This document shows positions 27,075 to 36,633 of a stretch of DNA of 47,809 nucleotides, one piece after another. The translations under genes and the position numbers were made by a program. The stretch covers positions 1 to 47,809 of the IMG/VR virus record IMGVR_UViG_3300033076_000767. One strand, written 5' to 3'. Each line of letters begins with the position of its first letter. Position 1 is the stretch's first letter. A model generated the notes under the pieces. The model was not told the origin of the DNA. It worked only from the letters and a program-made list of their open reading frames with translations, and ran no database searches. The DNA is from a virus (lineage: Duplodnaviria; Caudoviricetes).

Positions 27075-27328
27075 ACCTTGTTCTCGTCAAGTCGATGATC
27101 ACCACACCAGTCGGTCATATAAACCACTGGGTAGCCATTCATTGTCGGGGCGTGACGTCGGCATCGACCGATCTTGCTATTGCCGAGAGTCGCTAGTGCT
27201 TTTGGCACGAACCAGATGCAGGTGTCGCACACCATGCCCTTGGAACGGTGTTTCCACGGGTCGGGCAAACCAGCGCCTTCGATTTTCTGCGCCCGCGCGT
27301 CTGAGTATTGATTTTCTTCGCCAATCAT
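27071..27328 (-). CDS. Cys-rich (CxxC...C...WC) small protein
   Basis: CDTC...GRCRRHAP...YPVV...DWCGDH. Confidence 0.65.
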   Translation of the reverse strand: MIGEENQYSDARAQKIEGAGLPDPWKHRSKGMVCDTCIWFVPKALATLGNSKIGRCRRHAPTMNGYPVVYMTDWCGDHRLDENKV

Positions 27329-27669
27329 TAGCCTCTCCAAGTGATCGCACGCACCGCCCACATGCTCGCGGTCTCGGCGTTGGTGATCGCCACGCTGTAC
27401 ATACGCTGGGTCTCGGCATCGTGCACGGAATCGCGCAGGGATTGCAGATAACCGATCAGTGCACCGAAATCGGCCTTGACTTTCGATACCCGGCGCTTCT
27501 CGTCGTCGGAGAGTGCGCGATGATCGGCCACGACTTGTGGCTCGACCTTCGGTGCGGGTTCCGGTTTCACCTCGATCGGGAGCTTCTCCTCCGGCGTCAC
27601 CACCATCTGCTCAGGTTCTGGTGCTCGCCCGAATTCTGCATCGGGTTCTTGATTCTTTTTCGTCGCCAT
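27328..27669 (-). CDS. Acb2/Tad1-like helical protein (putative anti-defence sponge)
   Basis: HRALSDDEK...VK...R.YSVAITNAETASMWAVRAI resembles the Acb2 two-helix motif. Confidence 0.6.
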   Translation of the reverse strand: MATKKNQEPDAEFGRAPEPEQMVVTPEEKLPIEVKPEPAPKVEPQVVADHRALSDDEKRRVSKVKADFGALIGYLQSLRDSVHDAETQRMYSVAITNAETASMWAVRAITWRG

Positions 27670-27714
27670 TCAATACTCCAAATGAATTGGGGGGCCGCTT
27701 GGACCCCCCGTTGA

Positions 27715-28476
27715 TCAATACTCGCTACTCGCGGCTTCCTCGTGCACCTCAGCATCGAAATCGGTGCTGACTTTCACATTGCCAGCGCGGATGGTCTCGT
27801 ACAGTTTCTCGGCACGGTCGTAGACTTCCTTGCTCACATAACCCATGGGGTTGATGTTGAAGTTGAAGTACGATTCGTTCCTCGCGTTGGTCTCGGTCAC
27901 CGAGTGCAGTTTGTAGGCACGGGCGAACGAGTCGGTGTTGGTCAGTCGCATGAGCGAATTCCAACGCTTGCTCACCTTCATCTTGGATTTAGCCATCGAA
28001 ATGACCGCTTCCTGCCACTCACCACCGTAGTTCACGAGCACGAAGTGCTGTGCCGTATCGACCGCTTCCAGCCCCTCTTCGGCCAGTTGCGCGATTGCGG
28101 CATCGGCCAAATCCTTCGTGGCGAATGCGCCCCGGAATCCGTTGCTACCACCGCCCCCGGCTTTGCGATCCTTCCACACGAGGTACTGCTTCGTGTAGTA
28201 CACCGGAACCACCGTCACCTGCTCGCCGTAAAGCTGGCGGGTCACGTTGTTGAACAGCATCCCCTCTTCCGCGCCTTCAATGTAGGCCGCGTCTTTCTTG
28301 TTACGAGCGGGCGAGAGGGCTTGCACCAACTCGATTCGCGGGATGATCATGTCGTCGGTGGTGACGTTTTCCGCACCACGACCACCATCCTTACCACGCA
28401 ACCACTCGGGCAAGTCTTGACTCACCACCAATTCACCAGCCGAAGCCGTTGTCAATTCACCTTTTTTGGACATCAT
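27715..28476 (-). CDS. Putative ssDNA-binding/annealing replication protein
   Basis: GAENV..DDMIIPRI.LVQALSP pattern common in PolA-phage replication modules; acidic C-terminus. Confidence 0.55.
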   Translation of the reverse strand: MMSKKGELTTASAGELVVSQDLPEWLRGKDGGRGAENVTTDDMIIPRIELVQALSPARNKKDAAYIEGAEEGMLFNNVTRQLYGEQVTVVPVYYTKQYLVWKDRKAGGGGSNGFRGAFATKDLADAAIAQLAEEGLEAVDTAQHFVLVNYGGEWQEAVISMAKSKMKVSKRWNSLMRLTNTDSFARAYKLHSVTETNARNESYFNFNINPMGYVSKEVYDRAEKLYETIRAGNVKVSTDFDAEVHEEAASSEY

Positions 28477-28490
28477 ATTCTCCAATGATT

Positions 28491-28515
28491 AAAAAAAGAC
28501 GCACCGGGGTGCGCC
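28491..28515 (-). terminator. Rho-independent terminator
   Basis: GGCGCAC-CCCG-GTGCGTC followed by T7. Confidence 0.65.
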
Positions 28516-28539
28516 ACGTATCCGACTCGCGCCGAATTC

Positions 28540-28977
28540 TTATGACCTCGTAATGCTCGCACGTGTGAACGGAGACACGTTGAGCAGATTATCGGGGACT
28601 TCCTCGCCCTTCTTGAACATGCCTTTGATCGTGGCCTTCAAGGTCGAGGGGTTGATATTCTCTTGCAACAGATCGCCGCGCCCGTTGTCGCGAAGCCATT
28701 CATGGAATCGCTCCTTCATCTCGGCTTTGATGCTGACGTGCATATCAGCGGTGAGCGACACTCGACCCACGCCGGTAACGTTGATGCGATCGACACCATC
28801 GTCTTCCATCTTGGACGGGATCTTGACGATGCGCAGGAAATCGAGTTCCTTGTTGATGATCTTCAACTGCTCTTCTGCCGCTTCTTTACGATTTTGCAGT
28901 GTGCTCATCGCGTGAACCAGATCGACCAACGACTGGTTGTCGTAGTGCGCGTATTCGTTTTGCTGTTCAGTGGACAC
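28540..28977 (-). CDS. Conserved replication-module hypothetical protein
   Basis: 145 aa; GTG start with AGGAG; coiled coil plus WLRDNG.GDL and TLKA motifs. Confidence 0.7.
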   Translation of the reverse strand: MSTEQQNEYAHYDNQSLVDLVHAMSTLQNRKEAAEEQLKIINKELDFLRIVKIPSKMEDDGVDRINVTGVGRVSLTADMHVSIKAEMKERFHEWLRDNGRGDLLQENINPSTLKATIKGMFKKGEEVPDNLLNVSPFTRASITRS

Positions 28978-29308
28978 CTGTTACTCCTTTTAGTCCGATG
29001 CGAACCGGCGTGTACTGCCGATCACGGTTATTCCATTTCAAGACGTTGAAGACATCGCCGCGCTCACGAGCCAGTGCGAACACCAGTCCGGTGATAATCG
29101 GCGAGCCGCTGGGCGCGAGGAAATCGATACCGGCGCGGTAATCGGCGAAGCGCTCACGAATCAGCCCCACGAGCTTCTGGTTGTGTAGCGAATCCGGTAC
29201 GTTACTGATTTCGGAAGCGGTGAGAAACACGGCATCACCAAAACGCTCAATGTCCTGGTAATTCGCACTCGCCACTTCTTGTGTGATAAAGACCTTGGGT
29301 CTTTCCAT
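28967..29308 (-). CDS. Hypothetical protein
   Basis: Likely start MERPKVFITQE; TTGATG-18 bp-TATAAT promoter candidate at 29369-29340. Confidence 0.65.
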   Translation of the reverse strand: MERPKVFITQEVASANYQDIERFGDAVFLTASEISNVPDSLHNQKLVGLIRERFADYRAGIDFLAPSGSPIITGLVFALARERGDVFNVLKWNNRDRQYTPVRIGLKGVTGVH

Positions 29309-29348
29309 CTCTATGCACTCCTCTATGTCGTTCGCACTCATTATAACA

Positions 29349-31088
29349 TCACCCGCCAGTGCCCATCAAGCTATCGACGTTTCGGCTCGCAATGCTGGTG
29401 CGCACGTACTCGGACACGTCCTTCTTCTCGCGCAACGCTTTCACCACCACCTCGTCCACCGTGTCCTCGGCCACGATGTCGATGTACGTTACGCTTCGAG
29501 TCTGCCCAATCCGGTGCGCCCGATCCTCGGACTGCTCACGGTCGGTGAAGGAGAATGAATTGCTGAAGTACACGACCAACTCGGCTTTGGTCATGTTCAG
29601 ACCCACACCACCAGTGGCGGCGTTGCCGACGATGAATCGAGCGTGGCCTTTTTGGAACTTCTCCGACACGTTGTCCCATCGCACATCTTCGCTGATCGCA
29701 CCGTAGATTTGCACGACCGAATTGGAGCCATATTTCTCGACCAGCGCCTCGGTGACCATCTGGATTTCTTCGACAAATCGACACCAGACGATAGTGCTCA
29801 CCGGGTTCTCCTCGACAATCGACATCAACTCCTCGACCTTCGGGTTTTTACCCTCGATTCGGCTGTGTTCAAATTTCGAGCCGTCGTAGATATCGGGGTT
29901 GCGCTCGTAGGTTATGATACCACCCACGATCTCCTGCAATCGAAGCATGCGCTCCAGCACGGTGTTTACCGTGATTCCGCGATCGCCGGTCACTGCGCGG
30001 TCTTTCTTCGCGATCTCGCGGTACAGTCGCCGCTGTTCGGCAGTCAATTCCACCGTGCGTGTCTCGAATATCTTGGGCGGCAGTTCCTTGAGCACGTCGT
30101 CCTTGCGGACTTGGTAGACGAAGGGCGAGACCAACTCGATCAGCTCCTCCATGTTCTGGTAGCCGATCACCTGTCGGCCCTCGAATCCGCCCATGACCGC
30201 GTATCGGTTGCGGAAGGAGTAGAAATCGCCAACGCCGATGATGTTGGGGTCCAAGAATTCGAACTGCATGTACAAATCCATCGGCCCCTGCGCGATCGGA
30301 GTGCCGGTCATCACCACTTTGTAGCGAGCCGATTTACCGAGTGTAACGCAGTTCTTGCTTCGTGTCGCGTTGTGCGTCTTGATCATGTGCGCTTCATCCA
30401 CGATCATGCCCACGGCGAGCGCCGAATCCACGAATTTCTGCGCGTACTTCACCGCGTTGCCCGCCGCGAGCGATTCAGTGCCGACGATCAGGAATTTCAA
30501 CCCCGCGTCCGTCTTCGTGTTCCACTCCTCGAACGCTTTCACCTTCGATGTATCGAGTATATGCACATCGGTCGCCACCGGGCAGTGAATCCCGATCTCG
30601 GCCTCCCAGTTGCGGCGCGTGCTGAATTTCGTGGTCACGAGCACTCGCTCGACTTTGCCGTCGATGAAGTAGGAGGAGAAGAGATCGAGCGAAGTCTTGG
30701 TCTTGCCCGTCCCCATGTCCATGTAGAACGCGAACGCCTCCTTGCCCCAGGCGCGATCCAGTCCTTCGCGTTGGTAGTCGCGGGGCTTGGTCTTGAACGG
30801 GTAGAGAACGGGGAATGGGGTTACAGATCGCGATACACGCTGGACAGCCGCAACTGCCACCTCGCGAGCACCTTTTGCCCATACGCAGTCGCCAAAATGA
30901 GCAAGGAGATGCTCGCTGTTAGCCCGTAGAGCAGGAGCTGTCCACACGCGGCGACGAGCATCCCAACGGCGATTAGGAATCTTGCGGATTTTGTCCACAA
31001 GCCACGGGGGCGAGACGATGATAAAGCGTGAGGTCTTGGCATCATACTCGATTCGCGTATTAGTATTCGGATTGGAACTTGGGTTCAT
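29349..31088 (-). CDS. SNF2-family (SF2) helicase
   Basis: MDMGTGKT, VDEAH, MTGTP, GGVGLN, QSEDRAHRIGQ. Confidence 0.92.
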   Translation of the reverse strand: MNPSSNPNTNTRIEYDAKTSRFIIVSPPWLVDKIRKIPNRRWDARRRVWTAPALRANSEHLLAHFGDCVWAKGAREVAVAAVQRVSRSVTPFPVLYPFKTKPRDYQREGLDRAWGKEAFAFYMDMGTGKTKTSLDLFSSYFIDGKVERVLVTTKFSTRRNWEAEIGIHCPVATDVHILDTSKVKAFEEWNTKTDAGLKFLIVGTESLAAGNAVKYAQKFVDSALAVGMIVDEAHMIKTHNATRSKNCVTLGKSARYKVVMTGTPIAQGPMDLYMQFEFLDPNIIGVGDFYSFRNRYAVMGGFEGRQVIGYQNMEELIELVSPFVYQVRKDDVLKELPPKIFETRTVELTAEQRRLYREIAKKDRAVTGDRGITVNTVLERMLRLQEIVGGIITYERNPDIYDGSKFEHSRIEGKNPKVEELMSIVEENPVSTIVWCRFVEEIQMVTEALVEKYGSNSVVQIYGAISEDVRWDNVSEKFQKGHARFIVGNAATGGVGLNMTKAELVVYFSNSFSFTDREQSEDRAHRIGQTRSVTYIDIVAEDTVDEVVVKALREKKDVSEYVRTSIASRNVDSLMGTGG

Positions 31089-32622
31089 CGATCTTTACCT
31101 CGTGATCATCGGTGATGGGAGCGTACCAGACGTTGAGCGTCTTGTTGCCGGGGATTCGGATTTTGTCGTGCGATGCACCGCAGTCGCGCCGCAGTGTAGT
31201 CCAAAGATCCATCCCCGATTGCACCTCCGCTTTGTTGCGTTTGAGATATTCGCTGAACGCAGTGCCACGAAACACGATGCACCTCACCCCGTCGATCACC
31301 TGGACGATCGGGATGTTGCGAGTAAGCGATTTGCGGTCCTCGGGATTCAGGCCATCGGAGGCCAGATCCGCCTTTTGCACGAATTCGTGGAACTTCGCCA
31401 CGATGATACCCGACGCGCTCGCCTCCTTCGGTACTTCAACCACCCGCAGTCCGGGGATCAGTGGATCGAGTACCCGCTTGCGCCACGACTCCTGGGTGAT
31501 CTTCGGTATGTTGATCTTCATCTTCTCGAAAATCAGCGTCCCCATCGCCGCCGGGTCGCGGAGCACAATCGTGGGGATGTTGGCGATCAGCACACCATTG
31601 ACATGAATGCCCCACCTCGGAGGGTCGGACTGGTACTCGATCAACTCCGTGAACTGCGGCAGTGAGTCGTGAGCCTCCAGATCCTTGGCCTCGTCCATCG
31701 AGATTCCGAACTCGCGGGTAATGCACACCTTGCGATCGCACAGGCTCTTGCAGGGGTCTTCCGCACATTTGTACAGGTAGTCGCGCCTCGATGCCGACCG
31801 AATCACCTTCTTGGCCTCGGCGGGCGGGAGTGGCTTGTCGAACATCGACCGATTCAGCTCCATCGCATCGTCGAAGAATGTGTCGGGCCGAGCACGCTTG
31901 AGGTAGACTACCACGTTGTACATCGCGTCGTTTCTCGATCCCGACTCCACCCCGGTGTGGATCATCTTCTGAATACATGGCGGCGCTTCCAGGTGCTCGC
32001 GCTGTGCCATCTCCTCCAATTGCTTCACCGTCACCCGCTTGGACTGCGCGTAGGTGATGAAAAGCTCGAAGGACAGGCGCTGGCCGCGCTCATCTACCGC
32101 GTACCGCACCGTGTCGTCGGCGTTGTGGTAACAGAGGTTGATCCAGTTGCCCAGTGATTTTTCGCCGCTGGCGGTCACCAGTGAATCCTGCTTCGGGAAG
32201 ATGTCCACGTGGTTCTTGATCTGGAGTACATCGCGCCAGCTGTTGAGCAGTCGGATCACGAGCTTGGCCGGTAGGTACTCCTGGCCGAACAGGTACAGGT
32301 GCGCCCCGCCGCTCTTGGACCGGGTGGGCACGAGCGGGAGCCGGTAGTGCTCGATCTTTGCCGCCAGAGCGACCAAATCAACATCCGACCCATCCGACCC
32401 TTTCCCGTGGTTATCGACGTCGATACAGCCGAACATGACCGTACCCCCATCAGTGATCGGGACTACCCCGAGGCCCGTGCCACCGGACAGATGGGTGCTA
32501 TAATGTTCGAGCTTCACCTCCTCCTTTTCGGTCGTCATGTTCCCGGTCGCCGGGTCCCACTGGCCGAAAGAGCGGAGATTGCCAGCGAACAGAGCGGCAA
32601 AATCTTCGACAAGACTCGTCAT
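31060..32622 (-). CDS. AEP-family primase(-polymerase) with PriCT domain
   Basis: CIDVD, SKSGGAHLYLF, IFPKQ, GNWINL; PPC...GSRND PriCT; Cys cluster; no helicase motifs. Confidence 0.85.
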   Translation of the reverse strand: MTSLVEDFAALFAGNLRSFGQWDPATGNMTTEKEEVKLEHYSTHLSGGTGLGVVPITDGGTVMFGCIDVDNHGKGSDGSDVDLVALAAKIEHYRLPLVPTRSKSGGAHLYLFGQEYLPAKLVIRLLNSWRDVLQIKNHVDIFPKQDSLVTASGEKSLGNWINLCYHNADDTVRYAVDERGQRLSFELFITYAQSKRVTVKQLEEMAQREHLEAPPCIQKMIHTGVESGSRNDAMYNVVVYLKRARPDTFFDDAMELNRSMFDKPLPPAEAKKVIRSASRRDYLYKCAEDPCKSLCDRKVCITREFGISMDEAKDLEAHDSLPQFTELIEYQSDPPRWGIHVNGVLIANIPTIVLRDPAAMGTLIFEKMKINIPKITQESWRKRVLDPLIPGLRVVEVPKEASASGIIVAKFHEFVQKADLASDGLNPEDRKSLTRNIPIVQVIDGVRCIVFRGTAFSEYLKRNKAEVQSGMDLWTTLRRDCGASHDKIRIPGNKTLNVWYAPITDDHEVKIDEPKFQSEY

Positions 32623-32647
32623 CGTTTCCTCACTTCCTCTATGGTTA

Positions 32648-32703
32648 TTGACACCACCTTGGTGGTCTGGTAGAATTCTATCACATTACCCCCAGGAACA
32701 CAA
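32648..32703. promoter_or_regulatory. Overlapping bidirectional sigma70 promoters
   Basis: Plus: TTGACA (32648), 17 bp, TAGAAT (32671). Minus: TTGTGT (32703), 17 bp, TAGAAT (32680). The -10 boxes share the palindrome TAGAATTCTA. Confidence 0.65.
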
Positions 32704-32955
32704 CCGCTACCGTTTGTTCCACCGTTCCACAGTAATGGAACGCCTAATAGAACGCCCTCCCCATTCGAACAACAGGATATCTGTTCCACCGTTCCACGCG
32801 TACGCGCGACTTGGCTCTGTCAACGGCATGGTTAGATATATATACATATATAATGGAACGGTGGAACGCAGTGGTCGTTAACTTCAGAAGCACCGAAGGA
32901 CGCGGCCTCTAGACCATCGAACCGTTCCAGACGCCGTTCCACCATAATGGAACGT
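32690..32955. repeat. Origin-like element copy 2 (inverted relative to copy 1)
   Basis: 10 GTTCCA/TGGAAC boxes, CGCGTACGCG palindrome, TA-rich tract at 32833-32853; colinear reverse-complement match to 10120-10380. Confidence 0.85.
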
Positions 32956-33010
32956 ATGGGTCTAACCCGGCCCTCACGTACGTGCGCATGTAAGAAGCGA
33001 GTATTAATCA

Positions 33011-33032
33011 CCCTCCGTCGTATGACGGAAGG
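33011..33032 (-). terminator. Hairpin at the end of the structural operon
   Basis: CCTTCCGTC-ATAC-GACGGAGGG; weak U tract. Confidence 0.35.
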
Positions 33033-33073
33033 CTCTCGGAGGCTCTCGGTGGGGTGGGGGCTATATCAGTAGC

Positions 33074-35134
33074 TCAGGGCTGGCTCGGTGCGCCCGGAGG
33101 GGCTGGCGCGACCGCCGGAGGGGTATTCTCGGGGGCCTGGAACTCATCCTGGGGGTACTGGGGTAGGGGAGCGCGGCGTGTGGCGGTCTGTCCCATCACC
33201 CCGGCGGCGACATCCGTGCCGAATGCGGCTCGGGTGAGTGCGGCTTCCTGCTCCTTGAGCGACTGCATGATGCCCGCCATCACCGGGTCGATCTGAGTCG
33301 CCGGGGTGAGGAGCTTCTCGGTGGCGCTTCGGGCAACGGCGGGAGCCATACCACCGACCTTGGGGAAGGCCATACGGGCGGCGTCGGCCATCGCGGCCAG
33401 AGGGTTGCCGGTGGCGAGTTGAGTGGCGGCTCCTACACCCGCCGCTCCAGTCTCCAGGTCGGCGTCGGTCGGCGTGCGCTTGAACCCCTGCTTCTCGGTC
33501 TGGAGCATCCGCTGTTCTTCCAGCAGTCGAGACTTGAATTGGTCGAATGCGTCGTCGTCGCGAAATGCGCGTCGAATCTTTTGCTCCGCATCGCGACCAA
33601 ATACGGTTTTGAAGGGGTCGGCGGTGGGGCCAGCGACTCGGAGCTTTTCCAGCATCGATTGGGCAATACCGGCGCGGAAGGCGTCGTACTCGCTGGGTGA
33701 ATCCTTGAACCGGTCGATGAGCTTGCGCATCTCCATCTCGTTGAGCTTGTAGATGTTGCGCCCTTCCTCCATCGCGGTGAGCATCTCCGAATCCCCGGCG
33801 TAGGCCAGTCGAGCGGTTTTGTATTCGGGTGCGGCCAGCTCCATATCCTTGAGCAGTCGGTCACGCATCGAAATGAGCGTACGAGCCTCGTTGTTCGCAC
33901 CGGATTGCACCTTGGACTGAATCATGTCGTCCAGCGCGAGTTTCGTTTCGTGCAGTGCGCGGAGCGTCTGCTTCGGATCGGTGATATCCAGTCCCAGGTC
34001 TTGCATCCGCTTCGACCCCGCCTTCATCGCCTCTTTGAAGGAGGGCAGATTTCGGAGTCGCTCGATATCGGGCGCGGTCTTCGGACCGAACTTGGCTCCC
34101 GAATCCCAGGCGGCTTGGTAGAGCGATTGGGCGTCGGTGGAACGCTTCTTGATCAGATCCTGCACATCGGTGTAGAAATCCTTGCTACCCGACATGAGCG
34201 AGCGCAGATCGTCACTGACGCGCGGAATGCGTTCCATCTCGCGACCCGAGAGTGCGGATTTGGTCGCCATCCGAGCTTCGCCGGGGGCGGCTGAAGCCAT
34301 ACGAAGGAGCGCCGCAGTATTCTCGCCGAGATCGGCCATGGTCATCTCGCCGCGTTGCACTGCCGCAAGCTTCGTCGCCGCCGCTTCCGGGGTGAGTCCA
34401 TCTTTTTGCAATGCACGCGCGATCGCGAAATCGGCGGCTTTATCCGCGTTGCCATACCCCAGCGCTTGCTTGATTCGATTGAATGCCGGAGCGGCGACGT
34501 ATTTCCCCATTCCGGCCAATCCGAGGGTGGTCGCACCACCGGCGAGCGTACCGACCCCGAATTCGGCGGGCAGATCGGCCAACTGCTTTTCGGACGTACC
34601 GACCGCAGTGAGTCCACCCTGGACGCCACCGAGCCCGGTCATTCGAGCAAGACTGGGCACGCGAGCCGTGCCGCGCATCAGCGATGGGATTGCAGTCAGG
34701 CCACCAGAAAAAATCGCGGGCACAAGCGCCCCGCCCATTTCCAGCGCGGTGCTGGCCCTTGGGAATTCCTCGCCATATTTGCGCAACGCCTCTCGTTCGG
34801 CTTGCAGGTACGACTCATAACTGCCGGGTTTCGGCTCTCCGGGAGTCGCGGGTGCGCCGCTCGGTTGACGACCGCCGAGTCCAGCACGAAGTGCGGCGAT
34901 GGCTTCGTCCGAAAATCCCATCGTCATGCCTTGGAGTGCCGTGGAGACCGGTGCGGGAAGCATCGCACTGGGACGACGATTCGGATCGATCACGCTTGCC
35001 GGAATTCCAGCAGGACGAGCAGTGCTCGCCGCCGGAATACGACCAGTCTTGGACATCTCGAATCGATCGATCACCGCATCGGGAGTGTTCGCGGGAAATT
35101 CGTAGATCGTCCCGTTGATCATCCGTTCTTTCAT
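33074..35134 (-). CDS. Internal virion/DNA ejection protein
   Basis: 686 aa; Ala/Gly-rich and helical; QGMTMGFSDEA motif; last gene of the podovirus-type tail operon. Confidence 0.65.
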   Translation of the reverse strand: MKERMINGTIYEFPANTPDAVIDRFEMSKTGRIPAASTARPAGIPASVIDPNRRPSAMLPAPVSTALQGMTMGFSDEAIAALRAGLGGRQPSGAPATPGEPKPGSYESYLQAEREALRKYGEEFPRASTALEMGGALVPAIFSGGLTAIPSLMRGTARVPSLARMTGLGGVQGGLTAVGTSEKQLADLPAEFGVGTLAGGATTLGLAGMGKYVAAPAFNRIKQALGYGNADKAADFAIARALQKDGLTPEAAATKLAAVQRGEMTMADLGENTAALLRMASAAPGEARMATKSALSGREMERIPRVSDDLRSLMSGSKDFYTDVQDLIKKRSTDAQSLYQAAWDSGAKFGPKTAPDIERLRNLPSFKEAMKAGSKRMQDLGLDITDPKQTLRALHETKLALDDMIQSKVQSGANNEARTLISMRDRLLKDMELAAPEYKTARLAYAGDSEMLTAMEEGRNIYKLNEMEMRKLIDRFKDSPSEYDAFRAGIAQSMLEKLRVAGPTADPFKTVFGRDAEQKIRRAFRDDDAFDQFKSRLLEEQRMLQTEKQGFKRTPTDADLETGAAGVGAATQLATGNPLAAMADAARMAFPKVGGMAPAVARSATEKLLTPATQIDPVMAGIMQSLKEQEAALTRAAFGTDVAAGVMGQTATRRAPLPQYPQDEFQAPENTPPAVAPAPPGAPSQP

Positions 35135-35146
35135 TGCATTCTCCGA

Positions 35147-36625
35147 TTACTGCATTGGCACTCGAACACGAGGTGCGGTGAAGTACTCACGATAGCCGAT
35201 CCGATTGGGGTTGAGCACCGTCTCGCCCTTCTCGTTACGCGTGGTGATCGGATTCGCGTTGACGTAGCGACGCCATTGCGCGATAGCGTTTGAATCGAGT
35301 GCGCCATTCACCGCCGCGTAGTTCGACATGAACTGGTTGTAGTCGCGATCTCGCTTGCGCTGTTCAAGCATGTAGTCGATGATGATCTTGTTCGCCACGG
35401 GTTGCTTGTCGGAACTGAAAGTCCCGCGTTGCATCATCTGCACATCGAAATTCGAGATGTTGTGGTCGCCGGGAATGCGGTTGGCACGCGATGCTTTCGA
35501 GGCTAGCGCGTCGAATTCCTGGATTTTGGCCAAGTCACCCGACACTCGCTTGGCGGTTTCACCCACCATTGGCAAGCCATAGCTCCATCCCGTGCGAATC
35601 TGGTTATTCAGCGTCTTGGCTCGCTCCAAGTCGTTGATATCGGAATCGATCCCTTCGACCAGCGGCGCGACTTTCTCGGTGATCATCTTGTCCGCCTCTT
35701 TTCGCTCTTCCTCGCGCTTCTTGGCGGTCTCGATCTTGTTGAGCCCCGCGTAGCGGTTGGGATCAGCCAGTGGCACACCGAGTTCAGTGGCCTTCGATTG
35801 CACCGCCCCGAAATCCTGGTTTCGGATATGCTCGTCGATTTCCTGCCTCGTGCGTTGAGTCTGCGCACGCATTTGCTCAATGCTGGTGCGCTTGGACTCT
35901 TGTTCCAGTCGAATGTTCTCGGCCACGATCCTTTGGGCACGAGCCAAGTCCTTCGGGTTGTTGATATCGCCACCAAAAGAGGAGAGTGCGTCCTGCACCG
36001 GCTTGTTGTATGGCGCGAATTTGGCCGCGAACTGCGGGTCGGTCAGCTTCACACCAGTACGAGCCGAGAATTCTTTCATCTCGCCCGTTGCCTTGTCCTC
36101 GGCTTGCAATTCCTTGATTCGCGCGATGCCCTCGGGAGTTCGAGGATCGATACCCTCCGATTGCACCTGCAATTGAAATGCAGTCAGTTTCGGCGTGAGC
36201 TTCGATACCACCGATAAACCCAGTTTCGCCATCTCGGCCTCATCGGCCAGCCCCGCACGCGCGATATCGTACCGCATCCGCGCGATATCCTGTAGACGTT
36301 TTTCCTCCTCCAGTTGTGCTTTTGAGTACCCACCAATCGCGGAACTCACCGATTCGCCAAAGGACCCAGTGCGAGTAGGTGCGAGGAAGCCTTGAGCCAG
36401 CGCGAGCATCGAGGGATCGGGGCCACCTCGGCGATCTTCCAGCGCTTTTTCCATCGCCTCTCGTGCCGCATCGACCTGCTCTTTCGCTTTGCGATACCCT
36501 TCCGTATCCGCTCCCACCACTTGGCGTCCAAGTGCGGAAAGCGATACACTGCTGATCTGCTCCGGGTTGATTCGGAGCATTTGGGCGAGCAGTGGACTGT
36601 ATTCGTTGCTAGTGTCGTCAGCCAT
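35147..36625 (-). CDS. Internal virion/DNA ejection protein
   Basis: 492 aa; LAQGFLAPTRTGSFGES; coiled coils. Confidence 0.6.
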   Translation of the reverse strand: MADDTSNEYSPLLAQMLRINPEQISSVSLSALGRQVVGADTEGYRKAKEQVDAAREAMEKALEDRRGGPDPSMLALAQGFLAPTRTGSFGESVSSAIGGYSKAQLEEEKRLQDIARMRYDIARAGLADEAEMAKLGLSVVSKLTPKLTAFQLQVQSEGIDPRTPEGIARIKELQAEDKATGEMKEFSARTGVKLTDPQFAAKFAPYNKPVQDALSSFGGDINNPKDLARAQRIVAENIRLEQESKRTSIEQMRAQTQRTRQEIDEHIRNQDFGAVQSKATELGVPLADPNRYAGLNKIETAKKREEERKEADKMITEKVAPLVEGIDSDINDLERAKTLNNQIRTGWSYGLPMVGETAKRVSGDLAKIQEFDALASKASRANRIPGDHNISNFDVQMMQRGTFSSDKQPVANKIIIDYMLEQRKRDRDYNQFMSNYAAVNGALDSNAIAQWRRYVNANPITTRNEKGETVLNPNRIGYREYFTAPRVRVPMQ

Positions 36626-36633
36626 TATTCACC

